NCBI RefSeq assembly: GCF_006345805.1
Contig: NC_043014.1
Coordinates: 31,372,001-31,436,000, forward strand
Origin: Octopus sinensis
Taxonomy: Eukaryota
DNA: 64,000 nt
Direction: 5' to 3'
Under the pieces are notes generated by a model. The model was not told the origin of the DNA. It ran no database searches and saw only the letters and a program-made list of their open reading frames with translations. The translations under genes and the position numbers were made by a program. Each line of letters opens with the position of its first letter. Positions within the stretch are counted from its first letter, which is position 1. Below, piece after piece: positions 62,071 to 64,000 of this stretch.

Positions 62071-63384
62071 CATTATTATTATTATTATATATTCCTCATT
62101 TCAGACCCAATGTTAAATAGATAAATATGTTAAAAAAGAAAAATGCTAATTAATTACCTAATACATTCATTAATTCATGATCAAAATATCCTCTACAAGT
62201 GATAGCTAAACTATTGTATATCAGTCAGTATGTGATTGATATCTCCCATCTGTAAAATTAATATCAGCTACATCAACGAAAATGGAAACAGAAGATTAAA
62301 ATAATTGGAAAATAAAAATGAGAAGAAATCAATAGCAACTCCATATTTTTTTTTCAAATTTGTCTTTAATTAGCATACTCCTATTAATATACACTTTGTC
62401 TCTTAATTAATATACGCTAAAATACCACACATTTGAGTTGGATAATTTTATGGCTATTTTTCTTTTCTTTTTTTTTTGTTTCTTTCTTTTTAATTGACTA
62501 ATTTTACAGTAAATTTTCAAAAGAGCATAAACACAACAAAATAGACACACCAAATGCATCATTACTAAATTTTGCACTTTTTTTTTTTTATCAACTAATT
62601 TCATATTGTAACTTCAAAACAAGCAGGAAAAAAAACCAACCCAAAAAGCAAAGCAAAGGCAAAAAACAAAACAAATCGAATCAAAAGCTTACAAAGAGTC
62701 TATTAGTGCCAATTATTGTTTTGTTATTAACTAATATCATATCATAACAAAAATACATAAGAGAAAAAAAAAGAAGAAAAAGGAATACATAAAGGGTAAA
62801 TTACTAACAATTGAATTGTTTTTAATTTTAATTATGAGTGACTTTTTTCTTTGCTGTTGTTATTGTGAGCACAACTAATTTAACTGCAATCTATCTCAAT
62901 GCAAAATGAGATAATGATGTATTATCGTTACTGTTGTTATTATTTTTAATTTTATTACTATTGTTGTATGATTGCATTATTTTTGTTGTGCTGATAAAAC
63001 AAAAGATTTCATTCAAGCCAATATATTTCAGCTATAACATCTGTTTTGCTGTTGGCATCAGATTTCGGTAAAGAGCTGGATAAAAACCCACTTCAAGAAA
63101 AAAAAAAAAAAAAGGACAAAGAAAGATGTGAATTGTGAATTGCAGTTGTAACTCCACACCACTTTGCACCCCTCTCTATCCATGTCTATGATAGTAAAAA
63201 AAAAAAAAATAGTGAGTTAGATATAGGTTTAGCTTTTGCATAAATAGTTGGGATTGAATGCAGAAACTAAAGGTTAGGGGCCATTGCTATGAAGTATTGA
63301 CTAATCCCACTTCATTGTACACATACCTACTCTCTCTCTCTCTCTCTCTCTCTCTGCTGATACATTCAATAAGACTTTGGTTTA

Positions 63385-63575
63385 TCATCATCGTCATCAT
63401 CCTATAACATCTGTTTTCCATACTGGCATGGTTTGGATGGTCTGACTGGAGCTGGCAAGCCAGAGAGCTGCACCAGGTTCCAGTTCAATTTGGCCTGGTT
63501 TCTACGGTTGGATGCTCTTCCTAACGCCAGCCACTTTACAATGTATGCTGGGTGCTTTTTAAGTGGCAATGCATA
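63385..63575 (-). mobile_element. SINE family B copy (inverted)
   Basis: catcatc...acatctgttttccatactggcatgg...ggatgctcttcctaacgccagccac...gggtgctttt. Confidence 0.85.
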
Positions 63576-64000
63576 TATTTAATGATAGTGGTGGTGGGTG
63601 TATAGTCACTTATGCCAATCTCAGTATTTTATTTTGTCTATGGAAAGAAGAAAGCCAAAATCAACCACAGCAGGATTTGAGCTTGAGTTGTAAAGGGCTG
63701 TAAATGTTTAATAATAAAAGTAAATGCAATCAGAATGAGAAATCAATTATTACAGATAATAAACAACAGTCAAATTATCTGGTGTTTACCCATTTATTTA
63801 TTCTAGCATCAGTGCAATGCTTTCTTGTAAATCTAGCTATTCCAGATTGATGGAAATAAATGCCCTTTCTCCCTCCCTGTTTTTTTTAATGCAAACATTG
63901 AAAACGGAAGTCAAATCCTCTAGTTAGTCAGGTAGACTGAACAAGCAAAGTTATAAAACCTTGACCAGCAACAAATTACAGTAAATGTACAGTTAAGTTC

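Overview
AT-rich, repeat-dense eukaryotic DNA (intergenic or a long intron). The SINE and MITE families match those I recall from octopus genomes; that assignment is an inference. I cannot support any confident host protein-coding gene. Most of the supplied ORFs are microsatellite or SINE artefacts, and only a few weak exon candidates remain (about 13.1, 27.6 and 55.8 kb). The window holds dozens of tRNA-derived SINE copies from at least four families, TTAA-flanked piggyBac-type MITEs, palindromic MITE-like elements, decayed Tc1 and mariner transposases, RTE LINE 3' ends (one with a target-site duplication), a Helentron/DINE-like element and a possible LTR gag remnant. The most notable signal is a set of type I hammerhead ribozyme (HHR) motifs at about 10.7, 13.6, 17.7, 29.3 and 60.6 kb, plus more decayed relics. 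Most sit next to (TA)n tracts, as expected for Penelope-like element or retrozyme ends. One lies in the loop of a ~335-bp inverted-repeat element, an arrangement I cannot assign to a named element class. All folds were assigned by hand, and element boundaries are approximate.
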